64,000 bases of DNA. Origin: Octopus sinensis (Eukaryota). A program made the translations under genes and the position numbers. The DNA is taken from NCBI RefSeq assembly GCF_006345805.1, contig NC_043004.1, positions 1 to 64,000 on the forward strand. The letters are read 5' to 3'. Positions within the stretch are counted from its first letter, which is position 1; each line of letters opens with the position of its first letter. The notes beneath the pieces were generated by a model that saw only the letters and a program-made list of their open reading frames with translations, had not been told where the DNA came from and ran no database searches. Positions 34,617 through 48,445 of the stretch are shown piece after piece.

Positions 34617-35288
34617 GTTACACACACACACACACACACACACATGCTCATCCTCGACGAGTTCCAGCGCAATTTCTGGTGAACCAAATCCCGCTCACAA
34701 GGTATGTAGTTGTCCTGAGACCAGAGTAGAAGGCAAATTGCCTGCGGTGCCGCACGGTGGAGTCGAACGCGGTGACGCATAGTTGTGATGCTAACCTCTA
34801 TGCCTACCCCTCTCTGATTTATCCTCTCTCCCTCTGCCCACCCCTCGTTCTCTGTTTCACCTGCTATATGGTCGGTTGCTTACCTTCCTCCTCTTGTGAA
34901 GTCTATATTTATGACATAATCTCTGCAAGCAATGAACTCCGAACGATAAGGAAGACAAAACATCGCACTTGAAACTAATTATGCAATTCGAAAGAGTAAA
35001 CAACTTGCGGAGATATTTTTACAACGTTTTGCGTGGAATTATTACAAGAGGGGGAGAGGGAAAAGGAGAGGAAGGAGTAAGAAAGTGCGGGAGGGGCAGA
35101 GTGGATAAATGGGGGAGATGAAGAGAGTGGCAGAAGAGTGTGGCTGGAGAGAAAGAGAGAGGAGTACAGGGGGATACATAGAGGACAATAGGGAGTGTGA
35201 GACAATTAAAGAGAGACTGAGATTGAGGAGTAGCAGAGAGAGAAAGAGATACGGAGAGAGAGAGAGAGAGAGAGAACGAGAAAGATTG

Positions 35289-35325
<37 letters not shown>

Positions 35326-35370
35326 ATACAATCTTTCTTTCTCGCTCTCTCTCTCTATATATATATATAT

Positions 35371-35468
<98 letters not shown>

Positions 35469-35749
35469 TGCAGTATGAGGAATGAGGAAGGTAGAGAAAA
35501 CGATTTCTGACACTGGTTCTATTTTGAATCAGAAACTCAAATTTCGTTTCTTGTTAAAAATGTAACTTTGCTAATATCTTCAAAGAACGTTTCCAAGCAT
35601 CATAGAGAGCGAGAGAGAAACTAGTAGCGAGGCTGGTAGGACCATCAGAAACAGCTTTTCAGAAAGATCTTTAGCAGCTACATCCGGAAATCAACCGATG
35701 TTCTTGCCTCATGTATTGTCATCATCAACCGTATACCATCTCTCTCTCT

Positions 35750-35792
<43 letters not shown>

Positions 35793-36289
35793 TCTTTCCC
35801 GTATGGGTCAATTTTTTTCTATGCTGGCATGGGATGGACGAGAGTTATTGAGACATCATTCTAGAGTTATTGAGACATCATTCTAGAGTTGAATGCTTCT
35901 TTCTGTCAGTAACTCTTCCTTGGCCCGCGGCTATAGCAGAAGACATTTGCCCAACGTGCCATGCAGTGGGACCGAACTTGGAACCATGTGATTTCAATGC
36001 GAGATACTTAATCACATGGCCGTGTTTGATATGTCAAAATTTTCTGTAATCAAATTTTCCGTTTGGTTAAAACTCCCAATACAATATCGATTAAAGCTTG
36101 ATCCATGGAAAATGAAAAAGACCAACACAACTCGTGTGTTTTAAAAAGATAGTACTTGTTAATTAAGGAGCCCCTATATTACTGTGTGATCTAAAAGAAA
36201 CAGTTGCTAGATCTTCCTCAAATAACAACCTACCGTTTTAAGTAAGGGATACAGTGAACGATACAAAGGCGCAGTCGATGGTGTATTGC

Positions 36290-36802
36290 TAAAAAAAACT
36301 TGATTTCCAGCCATGTACTTTCGAGTAAAGTCCCACTGCGCCGCACTTTGGGTTTTTTCTTTACTATAGTTCCAGACTGACCAAAGCTTTCTTAGTGGCT
36401 TTGGTTACCGGAAATTGAAAGAAGCCCGTCGTATGTATGTATGTATGTATGTATGTATGTATGTATGTTATGAATGTATGTATGTATGTTATGAATGTAT
36501 GTATGTATGTTATGAATGTATGTATGTATGGTAGTATGTATGTATGTATGTAATGTATGTATGTATTATGTATGTATGTATGTATGTAATGTATGTATGT
36601 ATGTAGTATGATGTTATGTTATGAATGTATGTATGTATGGTATGTATGTATGTATGTTGTATGTATTATGTATGTATGTTATGAATGTCTGTATGTATGG
36701 TATGTATGTATGTAGGTATGTATGTATGTATGTATGTATTATGTATGTTATGAATGTATGTATGTATGGTATGTATGTATGTATGTATGTATGTATGTAT
36801 GT

Positions 36803-36834
<32 letters not shown>

Positions 36835-37400
36835 TGTTATGAATGTATGTATGTATGTTATGTATGTATGTATGTATGTATGTATGTATGTATGTATGTA
36901 TGTATGTTATGAATGTATGTATGTATGTATGTATGTATGTATGTATGTATGTATGTATGTATGTATGTTATGAATGTATGTATGTATGGTATGTATGTAT
37001 GTATGTATGTATGTATGTATGTATATGTATGTTATGAATGTATGTATGTATGTTATGAATGTATGTATGTATGGTATGTATGTATGTATGTATGTATGTA
37101 TGTATGTATGTATGTATGTGTGTGTGTGTGTAAACGTAAGTATGTATGCTTACATGTATGTGTCTATGTATGCTTGTATGTATTGCATGTTTGTGTGTGT
37201 GTGTGTGTGTGTTGTATTTGCCCCTCACCACTGATTGATAGCCAGTGTTGGTTTATACCGCTGATACATAGCGGTTCGGAAAAGGAGTCCCCCAGAATAA
37301 GTATGTGGCTTTAAAAAATAGATCCTGGAGTCGATTTGTTCGACTAAACCCTTCAAAGCAGTACCCCAGCATGGCCACAATCCAATGGCAGAAACAAGCA
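36290..37400 (+). mobile_element. SINE family A copy with an internal (TATG)n expansion of about 770 bp
   Basis: The 5' half ends AAGCCCGTCGTATG at about 36435 and the 3' half resumes at about 37205. Confidence 0.8.
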
Positions 37401-38153
37401 AAAAAAATACAGGATAGCAGGCAGTGGATAATTTGTCCTTTTCTGGTGCTCACTCCTAAATTACGTCTCATTACAATTTTACTCACTTAGGTTTGACCTG
37501 GACATCTAAACGACGACGACAACAACAACATCATTTAAAATGATTAAATCAAACATTAAAACGAAATATTTGATCCCAGCCAGGAATATAAATTTCTTCA
37601 GCTTGGTCAGTTGCACAATGATAAAGATCTCTACGTTCTTGTATGACGGACATGGTAGGGCGGGAAGTAAGACTATCAAATGACTTCAACAAGAGTATTC
37701 TAACCAGTATTTGGCACCAGTGAGACGGCTAGCGAGGACATCTCCCAGCCAGATCGGTTGACGGAGCAGGGTGAGGAAGATTTCGTCCGTTTTTTTTTTT
37801 TTAACTTGCCTGAGTTGTAATCGGTTAGACATGACTTTGATCAACAACATTCCATTATCAAAATTGAAATCAAAAGGATGAAAAAAAAAAGGAAGTAAGC
37901 TAACGGACTAAATATCTTTTGCATTTAAACCGGCCATATCAGGCCTAGGTATTCTACAGATTTTATGTTCAAGCTGGCCAGATCTGGCTTCTAACACACA
38001 CCTTACAATGCCATTTTAAGAATAACCACGTATTCAAAATCTCAAAGCTGCGAGATAATTCATGAGTCATTTAAAGCAAAATGAATGAATAAATAGACTT
38101 TGCATTCAACAGAGTAATCTGAATGCTAAAAGGTTAATGTTAATGAAATATGA

Positions 38154-38522
38154 AGCACTCCGTCGGTTACGACGACGAGGGTTCCGGTTGATCCGATCAA
38201 CGGAACAGCCTGCTCGTGAAATTAACGTGTAAGTGGCTGAGACACGTGTACCCTTAACGCAGTTCTCGGGGATATTCAGCGTGACACAGAGAGTGACAAG
38301 GCCGGCCCTTTGAAATACAGGTACAACAGAAACAGAAAGAAAGAGTGAGAGAAAGTTGTGGTGAAAGAGTACAGCAGGGATCACCACTATCCCCTGCCGG
38401 AGCCTCGTGGAGCTTTAGGTGTTTTCGCTCAATAAACACTCACAACGCCCGGTCTGGGAATCGAAACCGCGATCCTATGACCGCGAGTCCGCTGCCCTAA
38501 CCACTGGGCCATTGCGCCTCCA
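38154..38522 (-). mobile_element. tRNA-derived SINE family C, full copy
   Basis: The minus strand begins GGAGGCGCAATGGCCCAGTGGTTAGG (A box)...GGTTTCGATTCC (B box) and ends ...GTCGTCGTAACCGACGGAGTGCT. Confidence 0.9.
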
Positions 38523-38767
38523 CACTAATGAGATATACATCAATAATATATACATATATTAGATATTCTACCGGCTTTATGCTGACTAGATCTGGCCTCT
38601 TATACCTATCCTACAATGTTATTCTAAAACTAAACAATCACATCGTCAAAATTTCAAAACGATGAGAAAATACATAATCTAATTTTTTCTTAAAATGTGA
38701 ATAAATAAGCATTGTATTTGACAGAATAATCTGGATGCTCAGGGATTGAAGATTTCAAATTTGACAT

Positions 38768-39210
38768 AGGCGTAGGAGTGGTTGTGTGGTAAGAAGCTTG
38801 CCTCCTAACCACGTAGTTCCAGGTTCAGTCCCACTGCGTGGCACTTTGGGCCAGTGTCTTCTACTGTAGCCTCCGACTGATCAAAGCATTGTGAGTGGAT
38901 TTGGTAGACGAAAACTGAAAGAAGCCCGTCGTATATATATATGTGTATGTATGTATGTATGTATGTATGTATGTATGTATGTATATATGTATGTATGTAT
39001 ATGTTTGTGTGCCTGTGTTTGTCCCCCAACATCGCTTGACAACCGATGCCGGTGTGTTTACATCCCCGTCACTTATCGGTTCGGCAAGAGAGACCGATAG
39101 AATAAGTACTAAGCTTACAAAAAATAAGTCCTAGGGTCGACTTGCTCGACTAAAGGCGGTGCTACAGTATGGCCGCAGTCAAATGACTGAAACAAATAAA
39201 AGAATAAAAG
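38768..39210 (+). mobile_element. tRNA-derived SINE family A, near-full-length copy
   Basis: It has A-box-like GTGGTTGTGTGGTAAG and B-box GGTTCAGTCCC, an internal microsatellite slot after AAGCCCGTCG, and a 3' end GCGGTGCT..AGyATGGCCGCAGTCAAATGACTGAAACAA. More than 25 copies or fragments occur in the window. Confidence 0.9.
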
Positions 39211-41511
39211 AATCTGAAGAGATTCTCGTATAGAACTTAATGCATTCGTTCTTTCGTATTTTTACTGGCTTCAGGTATTGGAGTGCGGCCATGCTGGAGC
39301 ACTGCCTATAAGGGTTTTAGTAAATTGTAGTGATCCCTTGTACTTGAGTACTCAATGAACTTCTGTTTATTAAATGACTACGTTCACCAGAGTTACGTCC
39401 TCCTAAAAAGTGAGCTGTCATTTACGCACTTCAATATACACCCATATGTACACGCACACACACATACATAGTGTGTAAAAGAGAGAGGGGAGAGAGAGCG
39501 AGAAAGAGAGAAGGAGAAAGAGTGGGATGGAAAGAGAGAGGAGAGAGAGATAGAAATGAACGGGAGTGAGTTCAAAAATGAGTTAAGGGAACTAATTCAT
39601 AATGGTCGGTGGCATGAATTTGGACAATAAAACCGAATTAAGTTATACTAAATACCATACAATTAATTTATTGAAATTATCTTCGCTTCGAGAGAAGATA
39701 AACAAAAGTCCCTCGAAGCAATTGCAACGGACTCAGAATAGGAAGATGAGAATCTCAAGAACCAAGTATTCTCAGGAACTGACATGCCACAAACACGTCT
39801 CTGTAGTTGTCCCCTTATTTCTTCAGGGAACAAGAGGGCAATTATGAATACGTGTTTCTGCCTAAGTGGGTGCCGTTAGCACATCATTCGTCTTACTTTG
39901 ATTCCAGCCAGACAAAAGCAGTAGAGAACATTATGGCCTAGGTTAATTAGACTCTATAGAAATTAGTCATATTTTTAAACTTTTCTTTGCAATTTGAAAT
40001 CCTCCTTGCAATTCACTTTTTGGTAAAAATGTTAAAACGATCCCCTACATGACCTCTCGACCTGCGAGAAAATGTAATGAAATCTTCCTCTCGTCATAAT
40101 CTACTTTCTCACAAAAGGACATTGAGTCAGACATTGTATTGGCAGTGAGCAGAACCTTGATTGAGGATGTGCCGTTAGTTGGGATAATTTCATTATGTAA
40201 ACCTTCGCCTTCTTTAGTAATTAATATGAAAATTTAACACGAGAAACATTAATCTACGCAAATTTCTGAAAAGAGGTAATACTGAATGGGATAATGTAAC
40301 ACAATATGAATAAACCACTACACAAAATTAATTTCTCTTTGATTAAAATAATCTAAAAAAAATCAGCATTTTTATCAACATGTGCAGTAAACGTTTGCAG
40401 AGTATCATACAGTAAAATGGGACACAAAGCTAGAAAAGGTTGAAAGCCACAGGTTTAAGACTAACCAGACTTCTTCAATTGCTAGTGTTACCGTTTTAAT
40501 CGAGTGCTGTTTATTTTTTATCTTCCTCAGGGGAATGAATGATGTCGAAGCTGGTTTTTTGGCAGAGATTAAATCCATTACGAAGAAAACTGAAACGAAA
40601 TATTCTTAAACTATTTAATTTAATCCGAAGTTCTATAGCTTCTGCCACCGTTACTGACACGACGCAATATTTGGCAGAGCAACTGAAATTCGGACACAAT
40701 GGCCTTTATTTCTTTGCTACGTTGTGTGCCTGATCCCATAGAATGTGGCCATACTGGAACGCCGCCTGTGGTATTTAATTACGTTGTTTGCGTTCGTACG
40801 CTCAAATCGTGCAAGTACAACCTTTGTCTTTTATTTATTTATTCATTTATTTATTTATTTATTTTCGGGTATCAATAAAATAAAGTACTTGTCAAGTACT
40901 GAAATCAAGTAATCGACTTTACCTTCCAATTGTGAAACATTGATTGACTCTATGTTAGAAATCAATTTCTACGGCATAATGGCCTTTCATTTATTGAGGG
41001 TGTTATACGGTGGATTAAACCAACACAAAGGTACAGATGAAGAAACGCCACGCCCTTATTTCTTTTCAGGATCTCGATGACTGATTATAGAAAAGGAGTA
41101 CGTAAAAAGGCCAGAGTCAATACTTACAACCAAATGGACCTTGGGGGCAAATGTTTGTTTTTTTTTTTGCTATAGCCTCGGACCGACTAAAGCCTTATGA
41201 GTGGATCTGGTAAACGGAAACTAAAAAAAAGCCCTCGTATATAGATATGTCGGTGTAACGTAACTGGTACCGGTGCCGGTGACACGTGGAAACCACCCAC
41301 TCTTAGAGACAGGAATAGCGTTAGGAATAGCACCCAGCCGTAGAAACCATGCCAAATCAGAATGGAACATAAATCATATATCGTATATTAGAGCTTTCGT
41401 TCACTCTAGTGGAGTTGAAAACTCCACTAGAGTAGACGAAAGCGCTAAACATACTAATAAATATCTGTAAATACAAAACCATCCAGATTTCTGAGTACCT
41501 CATTTCTTCTA

Positions 41512-41653
<142 letters not shown>

Positions 41654-42874
41654 GTATTTGTATGTCTGTGTTTGACAACCGATGTTGGTGTGTTTACGTC
41701 CCCGTGACTTTGCGGTTCGGCAAAAGAAGTTGTGCCCAGAGTAGAAAATACTGCTTAGCATTTCGCCCGGCGTGCTAACGTTTCTGACAGCTCGCCGCCT
41801 TCTTCGGCAAATGTTCTGCTGAACGTGTTGAGATGTTAGGTAAATATTGAAGAGTTAATTCTAACAACATTTACCTCCTCTCTCTCAATGTTTTCATCGC
41901 TATTTCTTCCAAGGCAACGCCCTACCCGACATTAACAAACCGTTTTAATAGTCTAAAGCTGAACGTAGTAAGACCGCGTGTAATTTTCTTTCCTATTCAT
42001 AATACAACCGATTACTTTAATAGAAAACAGGAAGGAAGACAACTGCTCATAAAATGAATAAGATTCAGCGTTGTTTTGCTTTTCTTTTTTCCCTCGATCA
42101 ACCACCACCGATACCAGGGGGAAAAAGAGTTCATAATTTTCCTTCAGACTTAGCAATTAAACGAAGATTTATGATTCTCATTCTGTAATTTTTCACCATT
42201 ACTTCACGATGCCAAACAGAAACCGGTCCTTCTTTTACAATATAAATATCTTTACATTAATTTTACATTAACCTGTTAATTCTACAATTAATATATTTTA
42301 ATATAGAAAAATTGGCACCATTCCAACATTGCTATCTCTGTCTGTCTGTCTTTCTCTCTCTCCCCCCTCTCTCTCTCTTTCTCTCTCTCCCCTCTTTCTC
42401 TCTCTCTTTCTCTCTGAGAATGTTTTTTTTCTACAATTTCTAACATCCTAACATTAAAACTTGGCAATAACTACTTTCAGTTTGTAGTCTCATTTTTGCA
42501 TGTGTGTATGCGTATACGCATGTGTATGTGTACGTGTGTTTGTGTGTGTATATATATATGTGCGTGCGCTTGTGTGTGTATGTTGTGCGTGTGTGTGTTT
42601 GTGTGTGTGAGCTTATTTTCATTTTCCTTACGTATAACTAATATAAAACTATTAACACTTGGCAGTAATTATTTTCTGTTTAGCGCTCCTACGTGTGTGT
42701 GTGTGTGTGAGCGTATCTGCACGCATGCGTGTGTGTGCGTGAGTGGATCTCTATGTATTTCAATGTGTTTGCATATGTCCGTCTTCTTGCTTGGAGAATA
42801 AAGATAAACGGGGTTGCAAAATATCAATATAAAGTTCACAGAGTAAAATAAACAAGAATTTTTTTAATTCTTTT

Positions 42875-43365
42875 ATTCCAGTCAGTTTGACTGCGGCCAA
42901 ACTGGAGCACCGCTTTGAAGAGTGTTAGTAAAAAAAAACATCGACACCAGGACTTATTTCTTAGGCCTAGTACTTAGTCAATCGTTTTTTTTTTTTTTTT
43001 TTTTTTGCCGAACCGCTAATTTACGGAGGACGTAGATACACCAACACCGGTTGTCAAGTGATGGTGGAGGGACAGGCACGAAGACATACAATCATGTATA
43101 CATATATACATATATACGACGAGCTTCTTCCAGTTTCCGTTTACCAAAACCACTCACAAGGCTTTGGTCGGCTTGGGGCTATAGTACAGGACACTTGCCT
43201 AAGATGCTGGTGTTTTTACGTCCCCGTAATTTAGCGGTTCGGCAAAGAGACCGATAGAATAAATACTAGGCTTCCAAAGAATAAGTCCCGGGGTCGATTT
43301 GCTCGACTAAAGGCGGTGCTCCAGCATGGCCACGGTCAAATGACAGAAACAAGCAAAAGAGTAGA
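42875..43365. mobile_element. Head-to-head chimera of two SINE family A copies
   Basis: A minus copy (42875-43205) is fused directly to a plus-strand 3' half (43206-43365). Confidence 0.8.
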
Positions 43366-43943
43366 GAGTAATACGATCGCGTATATTATCAACTTCATAA
43401 AAGAATTGAAGACTTGGTGTGGAACCGGATTTAACCACAATTTCATATTTGGCGCACTTTTTCTAAGCAAATTATTTCTTTATTATCCATAAGGATTAAC
43501 ATAGATGGGGACAATACAATGATTTGGGGTCAAAAATGGAACTTTGAACAATGAAATCGGATGGATTATTTACAGTGAAATCGGATGGGTTATTTACAAT
43601 GGAGTTATAATGAAAATGAAATCGAATAAGAACAAACAAACAAAAAGAGACAAATGAAGTTAAAAGAACAGGGTAGCCGACCCCACGAGTCCTGTTATTT
43701 CAGCTGAAACCTTTTGGTAGGTGATTATGGCGTGTTCAGGGCCTTTCACACCAGCAAGACCACCACAAATATATTCAGCGCATTATAACCACTACTGACA
43801 GACAGTGGTCAGTAGACATCAGACCGGAGACAGAAGACGGCAGCCAGCAGCAGTGGCATAACCAGCAGCTGACTAGAGTACTGTCACAATAGAAAAAAAA
43901 TAAAAGAATGGACAGTGGTAACAGAAACACACAATGATCAGTT

Positions 43944-44178
43944 ACCTATTTCTTTATTACCCACAAGGGGCTAAACACAGAGGGGACAAACAAGGAAAGA
44001 CATAGGTATTAAGTCGATTACATCGACCGCCAGTGCGTAACTGGTACTTAATTTATCGACCCCGAAAGGATGAAAGGCAAAGTCGACCTCGGCGGAATTT
44101 GAACTCACAACGTAAGGCAGACGAAATACCGCTAAGCATTTCGCCCGACGTGCTAACGTTACTGCCAGCTCGCCGCCT
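43944..44178 (-). mobile_element. SINE family B, full copy
   Basis: Reverse-complement match to 14792-15027. Confidence 0.9.
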
Positions 44179-44685
44179 GAACCAGCCGAGTCCAGGAGCA
44201 ATAAACTTCGAACTGCTGCAGTGTTTGACGTTCGAAGTAACGATATTTTTGTTGTGGTTGTTGTTTACGATAAAAAATTTAAAAATTAACAAAAATCTCA
44301 AATAGATTTCGGTGATTTTTATCGATCAGGTCGATTCCAATACTTACTTTTACTTTCAAGTCTAGCATTTATTCAATCTATTTCCCCTTACCCAAACCTA
44401 TAAACGATGTGTGTGTGTGTGTGTAGCCGGGCTTCCACACGGCTTACGTCAGTCAAATTCATTCACACAAGTGGCCTGCTAATGATTCTAATAGCCCGCT
44501 GCCTTCATTGATCCTTAATGATGGAAGAAGTTCACGAAGGAAGTTAATAAGTTTATTGTATTTAAACTAATGGATGTAACTCTTGTTACAGAAATGCACA
44601 CGCGCACGCAAACACGTAGAAATATACGTATATATAACTACATATATGTGAGTGTAACCATACATACATACATGCATATATATAT

Positions 44686-44749
<64 letters not shown>

Positions 44750-44769
44750 ATATATGTATATTCATATGT

Positions 44770-45005
44770 ATACTTACATATGAATATACTGGCTCCCGTG
44801 CCGGTGGTACGTAAAAAGCACCTTCTGAACGTGGCCGATGCCAGTACCCACTGACTGGCTCCCGTGCCAGTCGCACGTAAAAAGCACCCACAACACTCTC
44901 AGAGTGGTTGGCGTTAGGAAGGAGCCTCCTGCCTTGCCAGTCCTCAGTTAAACCGTCCAACTCATGCCAGCATGGAAAATGGACGTTAAACGATGATGAT
45001 GATAT
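44770..45005 (+). mobile_element. Short element sharing the RTE 3' tail
   Basis: It shares GCACGTAAAAAGCACC...GTTGGCGTTAGGAAGG...CATGCCAGCATGGA...(GAT)n with 45990-46190. Further pieces lie at about 31300-31480, 41270-41370, 50845-51035 (minus) and 57085-57185. Confidence 0.7.
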
Positions 45006-45594
45006 ATATATATATATCATCATCATCATCGTTTAACGTCCATGTATATATACATACATTACCTATAAGCATACATATACAAAATCCTATACACACATAA
45101 ACACATATATACACATAATTGTATGTGCGCGCATATATGTGTGGGTATGTGTGGAAGAGGTAATAAGAAATACGTAAGGTATGCCTTAATTCTTCTAAAC
45201 GATTATATTTAGGCAATTATTCAACTAACGAGAAATTGCTAAAAATTATGAACATTGCATGTGTGAAGTATACCTACAAAAAGAAAGAGTCTCGGAAATA
45301 CGCATATGTGAAAAATATGTGTATATTTACCTCGAGTAATATTTCCAAACAACTAGTTGTTTCGATGTTTTATCGTTTCCTCAGCCGGTGTAAAAAAAAA
45401 AGAAAGAAAAGGAAAAGAAACAGTCTACCATGATGTGTTGCCATAGATAATAGCTGGCCATGTGGAGTGGAAAATAGATCGAATATGTATGTATGTATGT
45501 GTATATATATCTATCTGTATATATATATATATATGTATATGTATATAGGTATATATATATATGTATATATATATGTATGTAAACATAAAACATA

Positions 45595-46190
45595 GGCTGT
45601 GACAGCCGAGGACGTGCGTAGATTTGAAAGAAATGAAGCCAGTATGCTTCGCTAGATGTGCAATGTCAGTGTGTATGTTCGAAGAAGTGTAAGCATCTTG
45701 AGAGAAAAGTTGGGCATAAGCGGCATCACATGTGGTGTGCAAGAGAGACGACTGCGCTGGCATGGTTATGTGATGTGTATGGACGAGGGCAGCAGTGTAA
45801 TGGAGTATTGATCTCTAACTGTGGAGGGTAGACCCAGGAAGACATTGGACGAAGTGGTGAAGCATGATCTTCGAACCTTAAGCCTCACAAAGACAATGAC
45901 CGAGACCTTTGGCATTATGTCGTGCTTCAGAAGAAGACCCATCAAGCCGAGCAAAATCGCAGTCGTGGCAGATACCGGTGTCACGCAAATGGCACCCGTG
46001 CTGGTGGCACGCAAAAGCACCCATTAGACTCCCGGAATAGTTGGCGTTAGGAAGGGCATCCAGCCGTAGAAGCCATGCCAAATCAGATTGGAGTCTGGTG
46101 CTGTCTTCCAGCTTATCAGCCTTGGTCAAACTGTCCAACCCATGCCAGCATGGACAACAGACGGTAATTGATGATGATGATGATGATGAT
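45595..46190 (+). mobile_element. 3' end of an RTE-clade LINE with a (GAT)n tail
   Basis: RRFERNEASML...LREKLGI...VQERRLRWHGYV...GRPRKTLDEVVKHDL, followed by a 3' UTR ending in (GAT)n. Confidence 0.8.
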
Positions 46191-48074
46191 GTGTATGTAT
46201 ACACACACACACACTCACACACACACACATAAAGCTTGTTTCACTCTTTGGGCTACGGCCATGCTGGGGCACCGCATTGAAGAATATTTTGGCGAATGAA
46301 TCGACCCAAGTACGTTTTCTTTTTTTTAATCCTGGTCTTTATTCTATCCGTCTCTTTTACCGAAACGCCATGTTACAGTGTCGTAAACACACCAACATCT
46401 GTTGTCAAGTGGTAGTAGAGGGACAAAAACAGACACAAATACACACACACACGTACACACACACACACGCACACTATTTAAAATTAATTTTGTCGGTTGG
46501 TATTAATGGTGTGGAGACACATGTAAACCAGGTAAAACAATTAAAAAAATACAAAAATTGAAACTGAAATCGAAATTTCGGTAATAATTTTGAGGGAGAT
46601 TTGGGTTCTATTTCTACCGGGTATTGCGACTGCCTATTGCTCCTCTTATTGGCTCGTAAAGAATTTCAATTTTATCATTTTTATCAAATTCCAAATCGAA
46701 AAGCTGTCTAAGAGAAAAAGTTACGTAAGTACAAGTTGAATGGAGATTGCGTGACTGTGTGGTAGGACCTTTGCTGCACAATCACAAGCTTCGGGGTTCA
46801 GTCTCACCTTGGGTAAATGTCTTCTACTAATGCCAAAGCCTTGTGAGTGGATATGAAAGAAGACCGTCCATGGTGGTGCTCCAGCATGACCACGGCCGCA
46901 TGGCTGAAACAAGTAAAAGAGTATACATACATACACACACAAATATATGCATGCATGCATGTATGTATGTATGTATGTATGTATGTATGTATGTGTATGT
47001 ATGTATGTATGTATGTGTGTATGTGTATGTATGTGTGTGTGTGTATTACGTATATGTTTGTGTTTGTCCCGTTATCATCGCTTGACAATCGATGTTGATT
47101 TACTCACGTCCCCATAACTTCAAGGTTCGGCAAAAGACACCGATTGATTAGGTACAAAACTTAAGAAAAAATGTCGATTTGTTCAGCTTCAAGATGGTAT
47201 GGCCGCAGTCCAATGACTGATACAAGTAAAAGATGAAAGCTAAACGATAAAAGAATAGCCTAATGGCTGCATTGATTAAGATAGTTTTTTTACTTGCACA
47301 CGCTTCCTTATGTTTCGGGTGAAGTTATTTACTCTAGTTTAGCGGCTAATCCAAGATGGGATTTTTTCACATCCGCTTAATTTTTTGAAAACTGGAGTTA
47401 AGGATCGACTCGTGAATGATAGATCATTATGAGGGTAAACTTGAAAATATCAAAAATAAAAACAAAAATTACATGGTACACATTTGGGATTATTGTAGAC
47501 ATGTGGCGCAAGTGAAACCAAAGACCCAGTCTTCGACTGTTGCGATGATGATGAAAAATATAATAACAATCGTTTCTAATTTAGGCACAAGCCAGAAATT
47601 TTGATGGGAGAGAACCCAGGGCTCAATTCCAATGGTATTTTATCTTATCGACTCCCAAAGGATGAAAGAAAGAGTTGACCTCAGTGGTATTTGAACTCAG
47701 AACAGAAGAAATGCCGCTAAGTATTTTGTCTGATGCTTTAATGATTTTGCCAGCTCGCTGCCTGAATTAACAACAGTGATGATAAGGATAATTTCTAACA
47801 ACCGGATTTATCTCATTGCGTTACGGATTTTCGTTATGTCTTCAGTAAAGCGTAACCTTCGAACACATGCCATGACAAATAGAATATCATTATCGAAAAC
47901 AATGATAATCTTTAACTTTGGTAAGATGACGAAACTGGTAAAACAATGGACAAAACACCTTGTATTTAGTTGTATTCTTTTATGCCTTGAATTTAAATCA
48001 TGTTCAAACAGATCAAACGAGGACTCCCACAAGTACTAAGCTCAATATGAACTAGTAAATTGTAAGAGGTGAAC

Positions 48075-48445
48075 TTAATTACAGGTGAACTTAGTGGTGA
48101 TGATTTGCGACAGTGAAACATGGGTTCTCAACACTAGCAACATGAATGCCCTGTTTGTAACCCAACGGAAAACGGAACGAATCATGCTTGGCATCACATT
48201 GCGGGACAAGAAAACTAACGCCTGGATTCGACTCCACATGAGAGACGACGTCATCAGAAGAACCATCAAGGAGAACAAATATAGATGGGCTGGCCGCATT
48301 GCGTGACTGAAGGACAACAGATGGACGATCAAAGTGACAGAATGGACACTAAAACAATAGGCAATATCAAGAGGCCGACTGAAGACAAGATCGAGAGATG
48401 ATCTCACGTGCTCCTGGGGCCTACGTGGCCACAACTGAACAGAGA
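48075..48445 (+). pseudogene. RTE/RTE-X-like LINE C-terminal fragment
   Basis: SETWVLN...TQRKTERIMLGITLRDKKTNAWIR...KYRWAGRIA*LKDNRWTIKVTEW. Confidence 0.75.

Noticed and set aside
35845-35890. TTATTGAGACATCATTCTAGAG repeated twice; similar 24-bp duplication at 43551-43600
   Set aside because: These are simple local tandem duplications with no spacers, so they are not a CRISPR array or otherwise informative.
38440-38522. tRNA-like heads with A and B boxes
   Set aside because: They continue into SINE bodies repeated across the window and lack a complete cloverleaf, so they are SINE heads rather than tRNA genes.
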